A stretch of 47,058 nucleotides of DNA from a virus (taxonomy: Duplodnaviria > Caudoviricetes): the IMG/VR virus record IMGVR_UViG_3300039239_000038, positions 1 through 47,058 of that record. One strand, given 5' to 3'. Shown piece after piece: positions 38,312-47,058 of this stretch. A program made the translations under genes and the position numbers. The first letter of the stretch is position 1. Each line of letters opens with the position of its first letter. Below the pieces are notes generated by a model. The model worked only from the letters and a program-made list of their open reading frames with translations, searched no databases and was not told the origin of the DNA.

Positions 38312-38686
38312 TCAGTCCTCCTCGAACTCGTACGCGCACCAGGGGCACAGCCCCTCCTTGTCGATGACCACCCGGCGTTCACACCGCGGGCACTCGGCCG
38401 GGATCTTCGGATCCCCGACCAACAGGGGCCAGAACACCGACCCCGACTCCTTACGCAACTCCGCCAGCAACTCCCCCTGGCTGAGCTCCCCGATCGCAAG
38501 CTGCAACGTGAGGACGTCCTGCACGCCCCGCCAGTACCCCGACCGGTGCCCCTGCTTGGCCGACACCCCCAGCCGGTGCTGCCGCACATCCCAGAACGCC
38601 GACTCCGCAGCCTCCTGCTTCGAGCCCAGGGCGACACGGATCTGCGCCATGTCGAAGCCCGACAACGACGCGCTGCGGCCGGTCAT
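38312..38686 (-). CDS. Hypothetical protein with Zn ribbon
   Basis: CPRC...CPWC. Confidence 0.55.
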   Translation of the reverse strand: MTGRSASLSGFDMAQIRVALGSKQEAAESAFWDVRQHRLGVSAKQGHRSGYWRGVQDVLTLQLAIGELSQGELLAELRKESGSVFWPLLVGDPKIPAECPRCERRVVIDKEGLCPWCAYEFEED

Positions 38687-39006
38687 CAGTCCTCGTCCTC
38701 CATGTCGCCGAAGTCGAGCGCGCCCTCACCCGTGCGGGCCTTGTACTCCGCCGCCTGCAGCTTCCCCGCAGCCGCCGCCCGCTCCTCGTCGAACAACGGC
38801 TCGATGTGCACCGCCGCGACGATCGGGTACTTCTCGTCCGCGATCTCGTCGTGGATCACCTTCGGGATCTCGTACGTGACGATCGCGGTGATCCGCTCCC
38901 CCGCCTTCGCCGCCTCGATGAGCCGCAGCTCGTTGCCGAACATCCCGTTCCGCTCGGCCTTCGGCGCACCGTTCTTGAACGCCGTCGGCTTGATCTCCGT
39001 AGTCAT
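38686..39006 (-). CDS. Hypothetical protein
   Basis: GAGAGG RBS. Confidence 0.65.
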   Translation of the reverse strand: MTTEIKPTAFKNGAPKAERNGMFGNELRLIEAAKAGERITAIVTYEIPKVIHDEIADEKYPIVAAVHIEPLFDEERAAAAGKLQAAEYKARTGEGALDFGDMEDED

Positions 39007-39101
39007 GTCCTGATTCCTCTCTCCTGACGCACGAGGTGTGCGCTCGTGCCCTGCCCGGTCTCGAAACCGGCGCCGTCCCTACACGGCCACAGGGCCACCC
39101 G

Positions 39102-39518
39102 TCAGTCAGTGACGCGGCGGATCTGATCCGCCTGCTCCCGCTTCTCCCGGATCTCGTACAGGCCCGGCCCGATGCCGTTCGCCCCGTGCTCATCGGTGTG
39201 GATGAGCTGCGCCGACTCCCCGGCGGGGACCGCGACGATCGCGAGGCACTGCCCGTCGGTGACGCGGGCGTACAGCACCCCCGGGGAGTCGAAGCCGCGG
39301 TGCAGGAAGTGGGAGTTGCCGGTCGCCTCACCGAACACGACCTGCACGCCCTCGTCGGGGACGGGCAGCAGCTTCACCATCGACCGGTCAGTCGGGACGA
39401 TGATCAGGTCACCCTGCGCCTGCGGGCCGGTCAGGACCGGCACCTCCGCATCCGCGATCAGGTGATCCGGGACCGTCACGCCCACCTTCGTGAGCGCCTC
39501 TTCGTACGTCATCTGCAT
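39102..39518 (-). CDS. Conserved His-rich 'QGD' protein
   Basis: QGDLII...GEATGNSH...HTDEHG...GLYEIREKRE. Confidence 0.75.
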   Translation of the reverse strand: MQMTYEEALTKVGVTVPDHLIADAEVPVLTGPQAQGDLIIVPTDRSMVKLLPVPDEGVQVVFGEATGNSHFLHRGFDSPGVLYARVTDGQCLAIVAVPAGESAQLIHTDEHGANGIGPGLYEIREKREQADQIRRVTD

Positions 39519-39541
39519 GATCTGGTTTCCTTCTCTCTTTC

Positions 39542-40732
39542 TCAGGTGCGTCGAGCCAGGTCGGCGTAGACGCTGGGGTGCACGTCGTACTGCCAGGCAG
39601 CAGCGGCGAGCGGGTCAGTGATCGACGCGGGAACCGTCTCCCCGTACAGGCGCAGAGCACCGTTCCGGTCAGGGCTCCCGTTCGTCATGACGAGCAGGTT
39701 CACCGGCTCGTCGTAGAACTCGGCGGGTAGCGCGTACAGCGCCAGCTCGTGCGGCTCGTTCGCCGGGTCCGGGCACGTCGCGATCGGCGTCGACCCGAGA
39801 TGCTGAACCACTCGCGGCCACCCGATCCGTTCGAGCGCGGCACGCCGCTGCTCCGAGTTGTCGAGCTTCAACGCCCGGTCGATGTGCTCCGGGGTGACGT
39901 CGTCCTCGATCACCCACGCGGGGACACGGATCCCGTGCCACGCGTGCACCGCCCACCCGTCCCGGTACAACAGCGCCGGCCCGTCCTCACGGTGCAAGCG
40001 CCGCGACGTCGTCGAGAACGCGAAACGACTCGACTCCAGCTCCTGGTTCACCTCGACGGGACGCTCCGTGCACACGACTACCCCGTCGTACGGGAACCAC
40101 CACCCCGTCGACCGGGAGATCGTCGCCCACAGCCCGAGCTGTTCCGAACGCTTCGGGTCGTAAGTCACCAGCGACTGCTGCTCCGGGAACAGGTAGTACG
40201 CGATCCAGTACGCCTCGTGCTGACCCCACCAGGCCTCACGGTTGGCGGCGTCTCGCGCACGACCGAGGAGCGAGTCCCTGAGCGAGTCCCCGAGCGAGAC
40301 CCTGAGCGAGACCCTGAGCGAGTCCCTGAGCGAGTCCCCGAGCGAGACCCTGAGCGAGTCCCCGAGCGAGACCCTGAGCGAGTCCCCGAGCGAGACCCTG
40401 AGCGAGTCCCTGAGCGAGTCCCCGAGCGAGTCCCTGAGCGAGACCCTGAGCGAGACCCTGAGCGAGTCCCCGAGCGAGACCCCGAGCGAGACCGCCGCGG
40501 GAGTGAGCTTTCCGGACAGGATCGCGACTGCCAGCGCACCTGTCGCCGGGGAGTCACACCACACGAACTGTGGTGCGGGTTTTCCGATGATCTCGTACAT
40601 GCGGGTGATCGCCGCCTCCGTTGCCGGACGATCCGACGGCTCCGTGTAGGTGCCGTACCGGTACCACTCCGCGTGATGCGCGCGGAGAGCTTCTTCCTGC
40701 TCGCTGGTCAGCGAGTCGATGCGCGTGCCCAT
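39542..40732 (-). CDS. DUF6745-like protein with tetrapeptide repeat tract
   Basis: WCDSP, GWWFP...ERP...LHREDGPAL..DGW..HAWHG, NSEQRR motifs. Confidence 0.75.
   Translation of the reverse strand: MGTRIDSLTSEQEEALRAHHAEWYRYGTYTEPSDRPATEAAITRMYEIIGKPAPQFVWCDSPATGALAVAILSGKLTPAAVSLGVSLGDSLRVSLRVSLRDSLGDSLRDSLRVSLGDSLRVSLGDSLRVSLGDSLRDSLRVSLRVSLGDSLRDSLLGRARDAANREAWWGQHEAYWIAYYLFPEQQSLVTYDPKRSEQLGLWATISRSTGWWFPYDGVVVCTERPVEVNQELESSRFAFSTTSRRLHREDGPALLYRDGWAVHAWHGIRVPAWVIEDDVTPEHIDRALKLDNSEQRRAALERIGWPRVVQHLGSTPIATCPDPANEPHELALYALPAEFYDEPVNLLVMTNGSPDRNGALRLYGETVPASITDPLAAAAWQYDVHPSVYADLARRT
40268..40493. repeat. 12-bp tandem array, 18 units plus partial
   Basis: GAGCGAG(T/A)CCC(T/C) units encoding (R/G)(D/V)SL. 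Confidence 0.97.
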
Positions 40733-40734
40733 GC

Positions 40735-41235
40735 TCAGATCCCTTCGTGGTTGGGTCGCTCGAGGTGCGACCAGTGCGTGCCACAGCGGATGCCGGACAC
40801 GAGGCTCTGTGAGATGTGGAAGCGGGCCGCGATGGTCCGCTGATGGACGCCACCAGCGAGGAGCTCGAGCACCGAGATGGCGTCTGACTCGGACAACCGG
40901 CTTCGGGGGTGGGCCGCGCCGCGAACGTGTCGTCCGCGCGTGACTCGGTCCGCGGAGTTGTCCGCGTGCGTCCCGACGCGGAGGTGCGCGGGGTTGACGC
41001 AGGGAGGGTTGTCGCACGAGTGCAGGACGATGAGACCGGTCGGGACGGGCGAACCCGTCGCAAGCTCCCACGCGACGTGTGTCGCGACGAGGGTTCGCCC
41101 CTTTGAGCCGCCTTCGTTGATGGCGCCGTAGCCGCGTCCTCGACGAGGGCCTTCCCATTCCCAGCACTCGTCAGGCGCACCGACAGTGAACTTCTCAGCG
41201 AAGCGCTCGGTCAGCGGCCGACGGGCGATGGTCAT
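40735..41235 (-). CDS. HNH homing-type endonuclease with C-terminal HTH
   Basis: CWEWEG...GYG...VLHSCDNPPCVNPAHL...THADN. Confidence 0.88.
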   Translation of the reverse strand: MTIARRPLTERFAEKFTVGAPDECWEWEGPRRGRGYGAINEGGSKGRTLVATHVAWELATGSPVPTGLIVLHSCDNPPCVNPAHLRVGTHADNSADRVTRGRHVRGAAHPRSRLSESDAISVLELLAGGVHQRTIAARFHISQSLVSGIRCGTHWSHLERPNHEGI

Positions 41236-41642
41236 GACGCACCCCCAACCGGGGTGACGGTGACGTGCACACCAGGCGCCTCGCCGTACACCTTCGACGT
41301 CTGAACTTCCACGACCTGCGAGTCGTCGCCCCACACCTCACCGGAGTCGGTGATCCCGTCGAGCAGGGCACGGAGCAGCTTGTCCAGGTCGGGTCGGACG
41401 TGCGGGAACTCCCGCTTCACCGACGCCGGCCGGGCGAGCACGAACGCCGCCTCCACCCGCACAGGGCCGGTGAGCGCCGGACGATGCACCCACGTCGCCG
41501 CAGCTGCCCGGGCCACGGCCTCACGCCACGGCTTCAGCAGCGCCGGGTTCTTGTCGACGATCACCGCACGCCCACCCCGCACGAACGCGGTCTTCGAGCC
41601 CTGTGGCTGCGGCACACCGGCCACGAAGAACGGGGCGCTCAC
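41232..41642 (-). CDS. rusA: RusA-family Holliday junction resolvase
   Basis: PQPQGSK...RPDLDKL..A..D...DDSQVV. Confidence 0.92.
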   Translation of the reverse strand: MSAPFFVAGVPQPQGSKTAFVRGGRAVIVDKNPALLKPWREAVARAAAATWVHRPALTGPVRVEAAFVLARPASVKREFPHVRPDLDKLLRALLDGITDSGEVWGDDSQVVEVQTSKVYGEAPGVHVTVTPVGGAS

Positions 41643-41839
41643 GACTGGACCTCCGTCGTGAAGGGGCGGCGTCCGCGTCCCTGCTGCTCATCGCACAGGT
41701 CACATCGGAGTTGGTCGCGCTCATCCGCGATACGCAGGAGGAGGTCGAACTCCTCGGGCGACAGCTCGACGATGCTCTGGAACACGCCGCGCCACTGCCG
41801 CAGGTTCGCGAGCATGCGGGCGTCGCTCTCGGCGCTCAC
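41639..41839 (-). CDS. Hypothetical protein
   Basis: GTGA coupling. Confidence 0.5.
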   Translation of the reverse strand: MSAESDARMLANLRQWRGVFQSIVELSPEEFDLLLRIADERDQLRCDLCDEQQGRGRRPFTTEVQS

Positions 41840-42498
41840 GAGCGGTCCTCCCGTGCCTTTGCCGCGTATCGCCTTGGGAACTCCGGGTAGATCCGCCACG
41901 ACACGGGCCGCAAGCCGGCTTCGTGTGCGCGCGCAATGAAGCAGACGGGGCAGAGGTTCCAGGTCACGTTGTCCGTGAACCAGACCGGGGTGTCGAGGGT
42001 GCCGCAATCCATGCACGGGCCATCGCCACGCGCTGCCTCCGGGAAACTGCGCCGCTCGGCGTCGGTGACCGTCCCACGGGGACGAACCGCGATGGCGCGC
42101 ACCCGGTCGATGAGCGCGAGAACAACGTCCGGCGACGCAGCCGCGATGTACTCCGCGTTCGGGCCGTGCCCATCCTCCGACGTCGCGATGATGTCGGGGC
42201 CGTCGAGCGCTCCGATGAATCGGTGCGCCCAGTAGTTGACTTCGGGCTCGTCTTTGCCCATGCCGTCGAGCATCCACGGTCCGGGAGTCGCGGCGCGTGC
42301 CTTCGCTTCGAGCACGTCGAGGTCCAGCGCTTCGCGTACGTCGTCGGCGGGCGGGGAAGACAGGGCCGCGAGGAATCGATCCAGCTCGGCTCCATCTGCG
42401 CGAGCCACTTCCTCACGCCACATGCGACGCGACCACATCCACTCGGCCACAGCCTCGCGGACCTCCGCCTCACTCGGCGTATAGCTCTTGGCGCTCAC
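41836..42498 (-). CDS. Ead/Ea22-like mosaic protein
   Basis: AATPGPW...NAEYIAAASPDVVLALI. Confidence 0.7.
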   Translation of the reverse strand: MSAKSYTPSEAEVREAVAEWMWSRRMWREEVARADGAELDRFLAALSSPPADDVREALDLDVLEAKARAATPGPWMLDGMGKDEPEVNYWAHRFIGALDGPDIIATSEDGHGPNAEYIAAASPDVVLALIDRVRAIAVRPRGTVTDAERRSFPEAARGDGPCMDCGTLDTPVWFTDNVTWNLCPVCFIARAHEAGLRPVSWRIYPEFPRRYAAKAREDRS

Positions 42499-42653
42499 AG
42501 GGTCACCACCAGCGCGAACACCAGCTCCACCAACACCAGGACACCCAGCACACCCGGGAGGACCAGCAGCACCCGAGGCGCCGGACGAGCATCCACCACC
42601 GCAGCCACGACGTCGTCACGGCGGACATCCTGCGCGGGCATCGGGCGGTTCAC
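42495..42653 (-). CDS. Small membrane protein
   Basis: C-terminal hydrophobic run; coupled. Confidence 0.5.
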   Translation of the reverse strand: MNRPMPAQDVRRDDVVAAVVDARPAPRVLLVLPGVLGVLVLVELVFALVVTL

Positions 42654-42826
42654 GACCGGCCACCCTTCGGCAGCACCACGAACAGGAACACGAACGGCGA
42701 CAGCAACACCAGCAGGTCCGCCGCATTGAAACCCGGGACGGCAGCAGCCGGAGCGAGGACCGCCGCAACAGCGATCACGGACAGCCCACCGACCACACGG
42801 CGGACAGGGTGAGAACGAACTCTCAT
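42650..42826 (-). CDS. Small 2-TM membrane protein
   Basis: GAAGGA RBS; hydrophobic. Confidence 0.55.
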   Translation of the reverse strand: MRVRSHPVRRVVGGLSVIAVAAVLAPAAAVPGFNAADLLVLLSPFVFLFVVLPKGGRS

Positions 42827-42922
42827 GAGGGATTCCTTCGAACAGCGGGCGCGACGAATAACGCCCAGAACAGGCAGGGAAGATCGGGGGGATCTACAGG
42901 GGTGAGGGTCAGCGGGCGCCCG

Positions 42923-43492
42923 TCATACGGTCCGCTCCGGGTAGATGCGACGAGCGTCGCGGATGGTCGGGTCGTCGGTCTCGATCTCCACCTGAGTGTG
43001 AGCGTCCCGGAACACCGTCACCGGCTCGTCTTCGTGGCGGGCTGAGTAGACCGTCACCGCGCGCATCCCGCCGGACGGCAGGTCTACGTCCCACACCTCG
43101 GCCGGCCCGGCGTCGTACCACGGCTTCGGCTCCGGGTGAGCATCGAAGTAGGCGCGGGCCGCGTCCTTGAACGGGCCGTCGATGGTCGATCCCTCGACCG
43201 TGTCCACGAAGTCACCGGTCGGTTCGAGGATGACCCGCACCCGCCGCGCATTCTCGGGTGGATAGGCGTCACGCTGGTAGACCACGTAGTCCGGGTTCTC
43301 GGGCCACCTCCACCGTCCGAGGCGGGCGTCCTCCTCAGCCAGGGCCGTCGAACGCACGTACTCGACGTACTCCTTGAGCGCCGCCCCGAGGTCGGACGCC
43401 CCAACGAGAAGAACACTCCTCGGCGTATTCACGCTGATGCCAGCGTTCGACTCGGCAAAGGTGTAGCCGCTGGACGAAGTGAAGTCGTTCAC
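42923..43492 (-). CDS. Hypothetical protein
   Basis: LGRWRWPENPDYVVY...AYFDAHPEPKPW. Confidence 0.65.
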   Translation of the reverse strand: MNDFTSSSGYTFAESNAGISVNTPRSVLLVGASDLGAALKEYVEYVRSTALAEEDARLGRWRWPENPDYVVYQRDAYPPENARRVRVILEPTGDFVDTVEGSTIDGPFKDAARAYFDAHPEPKPWYDAGPAEVWDVDLPSGGMRAVTVYSARHEDEPVTVFRDAHTQVEIETDDPTIRDARRIYPERTV

Positions 43493-43950
43493 GACGCCAC
43501 CGCCTCAGCCGAGTGGATCGCATCGCGCAGAACCTCGGGCAACGCGGCCACAGCCTCACTGGCCAGGTTCTCCCGCGCCCGCTGCAGTTCGCTCTGGTAC
43601 TCATCCCAGTGCGCGGCGAGCACCGTCTCGCGTGCGACCTTGTCTGCTTCGGCGATCAGATTGAAGTTCTGCTCGCCGTCGAGCTCCCGGATCGCCTGCG
43701 CCACGTGACGCTTGCAGACAGGTGCGGTACGAACGGTGATACGAGGCCCGCGGTAGTCGCGCTCCTCGCTCGTCACTTCGATGACGGCGACCGGAACCGA
43801 GCATGCAACGAGACGCTGCTTCAGGGTGTGGGCGCAGGCCAGACCGTCGCCCGGGTACCAGACACGGATCTGGGCAGACACGGGGCGCTTCGACCCGCGC
43901 ACCTCACCAGAAACGGCGAGCGTGAACCATTCTTCGACGTTCGTGCTCAC
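43489..43950 (-). CDS. Hypothetical protein
   Basis: Coupled ORF. Confidence 0.6.
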   Translation of the reverse strand: MSTNVEEWFTLAVSGEVRGSKRPVSAQIRVWYPGDGLACAHTLKQRLVACSVPVAVIEVTSEERDYRGPRITVRTAPVCKRHVAQAIRELDGEQNFNLIAEADKVARETVLAAHWDEYQSELQRARENLASEAVAALPEVLRDAIHSAEAVAS

Positions 43951-44198
43951 GGCCGAACCTCCGCACCGGTGTCACGCGTGACGACCCGGGTGCTCGCTAC
44001 CCATGCGTCGATCTCCGACGCGAGGTAGAGCACCGTCCGCAGGGTGGGCTTGTAGAAGGCGGGACCCTTCCGCTTCTTGCGGAGGTCCTCGAGGATCACA
44101 GTCGTCATGCCCGGCACGCGGGCGCACACCTGGTCAGGTGACAGCCACACGGGATCCGGCGCCGAAGACGCCTTCTTGAGTGGAGTGACGTTCCCCAT
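43947..44198 (-). CDS. Excisionase/AlpA-like HTH protein
   Basis: WLSPDQV...GPAFYK...VLYLASEIDAWV. Confidence 0.8.
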   Translation of the reverse strand: MGNVTPLKKASSAPDPVWLSPDQVCARVPGMTTVILEDLRKKRKGPAFYKPTLRTVLYLASEIDAWVASTRVVTRDTGAEVRP

Positions 44199-44200
44199 GC

Positions 44201-44476
44201 TCAAGCCGCCTCGTCAGGCTTCGGATCCTCGGTCGTGACGAGCACGAACAGGGAATCGAACGAAGCGTGCGGGAACGCAGCGGCGAGCTTCGCGAGGAAC
44301 TCGTTCGACGCGACCGTCTCCCCCTTGCGCACTCTGCGGAGGGTGGAGTCGTCGACGCCGATACGACGCGCGAACTCGGTGTCCGTGGGGATACCGTGCG
44401 CGTCACGGAGCTGGTCCAGTCGACGCGGGTCGACCGTCAGGTGGTGGGCTCTTGCGCCCGTGCTAGTGGCTGGCAT
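44201..44476 (-). CDS. Cro-like XRE HTH protein
   Basis: TEFARRIGVDDSTLRRVRKG; divergent from repressor. Confidence 0.8.
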   Translation of the reverse strand: MPATSTGARAHHLTVDPRRLDQLRDAHGIPTDTEFARRIGVDDSTLRRVRKGETVASNEFLAKLAAAFPHASFDSLFVLVTTEDPKPDEAA

Positions 44477-44621
44477 GCGTGCAACCGTAGGGCATGAATG
44501 GACGTCATGCAACCCTTTTGCACGCGCGCAATTCACGGGCATGGGCGCGCCACAGAGAAACCCCAGGTGTGCGCGCACTTTCTTTGCACGCATGCAACTC
44601 CGACGTGTAGCGTTGGCCAAT
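44471..44621. promoter_or_regulatory. Immunity switch: divergent leaderless promoters with three 14-bp operators
   Basis: Operators TGGCATGCGTGCAA (44471), TTGCACGCGCGCAA (44518), TTGCACGCATGCAA (44584); minus TTGCAT-N17-TACGGT; plus TTGCAC-N18-TAGCGT. Confidence 0.75.
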
Positions 44622-45248
44622 GTGAGCGAGAAGACCTGGGGCGTGTACGTCCAGACGAACAGCAACGGCGAACAGAAGAGCGCGATCGCGGGGAAGCTCC
44701 ACGTCGACCCGTCCACCGTGGGCAGGTGGATCAGCGGGCATACCCAGCCGAAGCCCCTGCAGGTGATCGCGTTCGCGCGCGCCTACGGCCTCTCCCCCAT
44801 CCCAGGACTGATCGCCGCCGGATACCTCACCCCCGAGGACGTCAGCGGCGAAGTCGTCATTGAGTCCTCCCCCACCCTCGACAGCATCGCCACCCACACC
44901 CTCATCGACGAACTCGAACGACGCCTCGAGGTCATGTCGCATTACGCCGGATGGATCCGAGCCATCGCCGCCGGAGGGACAACGCCGGCCCGACTCAGCG
45001 AGCACGTCCTCCGCTACCTGGACCCGACCGCACCGCCGCGGTCCGTGCAGGGCGCGGACTTCGCGGCGGCCCTCTCCCCGCACGTGATCGAAGTGCCCGG
45101 ACCGGACGGAGAACGCACCTTCGGGCTGCCAGACGAACTCACCCGCGCCCGGATGGCCCGCAATGTCGGAGGCCCTTCGCAGACTCAAGAAGTCGCCGCA
45201 GACACCCCCACTCGACACGAGGATGACACCGATGACTACACGCCATGA
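44622..45248 (+). CDS. Immunity repressor (XRE/ImmR-like)
   Basis: AIAGKLHVDPSTVGRWISG HTH; LIAAGYLT motif; no S24 autoprotease domain seen. Confidence 0.85.
   Translation: MSEKTWGVYVQTNSNGEQKSAIAGKLHVDPSTVGRWISGHTQPKPLQVIAFARAYGLSPIPGLIAAGYLTPEDVSGEVVIESSPTLDSIATHTLIDELERRLEVMSHYAGWIRAIAAGGTTPARLSEHVLRYLDPTAPPRSVQGADFAAALSPHVIEVPGPDGERTFGLPDELTRARMARNVGGPSQTQEVAADTPTRHEDDTDDYTP
45164..45185 (+). promoter_or_regulatory. PafBC/RecA-NDp-like DNA-damage promoter inside repressor 3' end
   Basis: TGTCGG-N10-CAGACT, 46 nt upstream of the immA-like ATG. Confidence 0.6.
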
Positions 45249-45705
45249 GCGCGACGTTGCGCATCTCGTCGGCGTCGCGAACGAGCTCGGACTAAAAGTC
45301 GTCGAGCGTCGCGGCCATCACCGAGGCGGGTACCACGACGGCATCCGACAGATCCGGATCAACCCCGGGATGTCCGTCCGCCTGACACGGTCGATCCTGG
45401 CCCACGAGATCGCCCACGCTCTCCACCGCGACGTACCGTCTCCATACGGCCCCGTACGAATGAAACAGGAACGTCGCGCGTGGGAGTGGGCCGCGGTCTA
45501 TCTCATCGACCCCGCCGACTTCGCTGCAGCCGAAGATGCCAGGTGTGGTCACGCGCCGGCCATGGCGTTCGACCTCGGCGTCACCGTCGAGCTCGTCGAT
45601 GCGTTCCGGGGTGCGCTCGAGCGAATCGGTGAACACGTCTACCTGCAGCCGCGGATGGGCGCTGGTGGGTGGACTGAGCGAGTCGAGATCCGAGAGACGG
45701 CCTGA
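45232..45705 (+). CDS. ImmA/IrrE-family metallopeptidase (antirepressor)
   Basis: LAHEIAH (HExxH) ... QERRA; GAGGA RBS; between repressor and integrase. Confidence 0.88.
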   Translation: MTTRHERDVAHLVGVANELGLKVVERRGHHRGGYHDGIRQIRINPGMSVRLTRSILAHEIAHALHRDVPSPYGPVRMKQERRAWEWAAVYLIDPADFAAAEDARCGHAPAMAFDLGVTVELVDAFRGALERIGEHVYLQPRMGAGGWTERVEIRETA

Positions 45706-45707
45706 CC

Positions 45708-46820
45708 ATGGCTGGGTCGATCTCCCCGTACACAACCGCCTCGGGGAAGCGATACCGGGTCCGGTACCGGAAGCCCGACGGTCAGCAGACCGACAAGCGC
45801 GGCTTCAAGACGAAGCGTGAGGCGGAGACGTATCTCGCCGAGGTGACGGTGTCGAAGGCGACGGGCGGCTACCTGGACCCAGCCCTCGGCAAGAAGACCG
45901 TCGCCGTGTTCGGAGAGCAGTGGATGACGGGGCGGCTCGCTCGCCTCAAACCGTCCAGCCGGAACACGATGGAGACGGCCTGGCGTGTGCACGTCGAACC
46001 GAAGTGGGGTGGCCGCGGTGTCGCGAGCATCCGGTCCTCCGAGGTGGAGGACTGGGTGAGCGCCCTCATGACCGCGACGGTCGACCGGAAGGCGCTGGGT
46101 GCGCAGACCGTACGGCGCTGCGTCTTTGTCCTCTCCAGCGTGCTCGCGATCGCCGAGCGGGACGGTGTGATCCGCTCGTCTCCCACCAAGGGCGTGCAGC
46201 TACCGGCGAAGAAGTCGAAGCCGAAGCGGTACCTCACGCACGCGCAGGTCGAGAAGCTCGCCGCCGCGGCCCCCGGACACGAGACGCTCATGCTTCTCCT
46301 GGCGTACGCCGGCCTGAGATGGGGCGAGGTGTCCGCGCTTCGCGTCCGGCACCTCGACATGCTGCGGCGACGAATGCTGATCGAGGAGAACGCCGTCCTC
46401 GTGAAGGGCGTCTACGAGATCGGCACACCGAAGCACGGCGACGCCCGGGAGGTTCCAATCCCGCTGTTCCTCGTGAAGCCGATCGCGAAGCTCTGCGAGG
46501 GCAAGGGGCGAGACGGCTTCGTCTTCTCCAACGGGCCCGTCCCGATGTCGTACCCGCATCGGACGTCTGGCTGGTTCGTGAAGGCTGTCACAGCGTGCCA
46601 GATCGCGGACCCCAACTTCCCGACGATCACGCCCCACGATCTGCGCCACACAGCAGCGTCGCTCGCGATCTCCGCCGGCGCCAACGTCAAGGCAGTGCAG
46701 CGGATGCTCGGGCATGCCTCCGCAGCGATGACACTCGACGTCTACGCTGACCTATTCGACGACGACCTCGAGGCGGTTGCCGTGGCGATGTCCGAGGCGC
46801 GCGCGGCTGCCGTTTCCTGA
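45708..46820 (+). CDS. int: Tyrosine integrase
   Basis: GLRWGE, HDLRH, LGH, catalytic Y (DVY); N-terminal arm-binding domain. Confidence 0.96.
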   Translation: MAGSISPYTTASGKRYRVRYRKPDGQQTDKRGFKTKREAETYLAEVTVSKATGGYLDPALGKKTVAVFGEQWMTGRLARLKPSSRNTMETAWRVHVEPKWGGRGVASIRSSEVEDWVSALMTATVDRKALGAQTVRRCVFVLSSVLAIAERDGVIRSSPTKGVQLPAKKSKPKRYLTHAQVEKLAAAAPGHETLMLLLAYAGLRWGEVSALRVRHLDMLRRRMLIEENAVLVKGVYEIGTPKHGDAREVPIPLFLVKPIAKLCEGKGRDGFVFSNGPVPMSYPHRTSGWFVKAVTACQIADPNFPTITPHDLRHTAASLAISAGANVKAVQRMLGHASAAMTLDVYADLFDDDLEAVAVAMSEARAAAVS

Positions 46821-46822
46821 CG

Positions 46823-46844
46823 GATGTGGGCAGAGCGTGGGCAC
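46823..46844 (+). promoter_or_regulatory. Putative integrase arm-type sites
   Basis: GATGTGGGCAG AGCGTGGGCAC. Confidence 0.65.
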
Positions 46845-46852
46845 CACCACGA

Positions 46853-46898
46853 AAGGCCCCCGGCAGATCACCCGAGAGGGCGACCGGCCGGGGGCCTT
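46853..46898. terminator. Terminator between int and the convergent nrdF 3' copy
   Basis: AAGGCCCCCGGC / GCCGGGGGCCTT 12-bp inverted repeat. Confidence 0.7.
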
Positions 46899-46932
46899 GT
46901 CAGTGCGGTGACTCCACGGGATCTCGCGGGAC

Positions 46933-47058
<126 letters not shown>

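Noticed and set aside
40268-40493. CRISPR array
   Set aside because: Contiguous 12-bp units without spacers, in frame within a CDS; no cas genes.
39542-40732. Diversity-generating retroelement
   Set aside because: No reverse transcriptase or separate template repeat seen; each adenine has just one alternative base, compatible with two mutations spread by slippage.
1705-44200. Numerous long plus-strand ORFs in the track (e.g. 1705-2967, 16814-18034, 20959-22098, 23386-24714)
   Set aside because: Antisense shadows of recognisable minus-strand genes in high-GC DNA; Arg/Pro-rich with no motifs.
44477-45231. LexA SOS box control of the switch
   Set aside because: No CGAAC-N4-GTTCG-like box noticed by eye in the intergenic switch or upstream of the protease; not an exhaustive scan.
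44622-46820. Integration-dependent immunity (attP inside repressor)
   Set aside because: The attP-like core is downstream of int, not within the repressor gene.

Overview
The window looks like one complete, circularly assembled genome (about 46.9 kb) of a temperate siphovirus of a high-GC actinobacterium. A Microbacteriaceae host is my inference. Bases 1-126 are repeated exactly at 46933-47058, which I read as a circular-assembly overlap falling inside attP. Nearly all lytic genes are on the minus strand: Cro, Xis, early/recombination genes, replication (initiator, DnaB, SSB), WhiB, C5-methyltransferase, tRNA-Asn, packaging, head, tail, lysis and an SGNH-type tail/receptor protein. A plus-strand repressor-ImmA/IrrE protease-tyrosine integrase module sits at the right end. 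Notable points: (1) attP carries a copy of the 3' end of the host ribonucleotide reductase beta gene nrdF. (2) A PafBC/RecA-NDp-like DNA-damage promoter motif lies inside the repressor gene just upstream of the ImmA-type antirepressor, and two more precede accessory genes near attP, suggesting a LexA-independent induction circuit. (3) Repressor-operator copies beside attP overlap a promoter for a tiny transcript/peptide. (4) The split terminase nuclease gene has an in-frame TAG in its catalytic motif. (5) The methyltransferase locus is dual-coding. (6) One early gene holds a two-bit 12-bp tandem array. (7) A hairpin-dense ~700-nt non-coding region surrounds the tRNA. All calls come from reading sequence motifs by eye; no searches were run.
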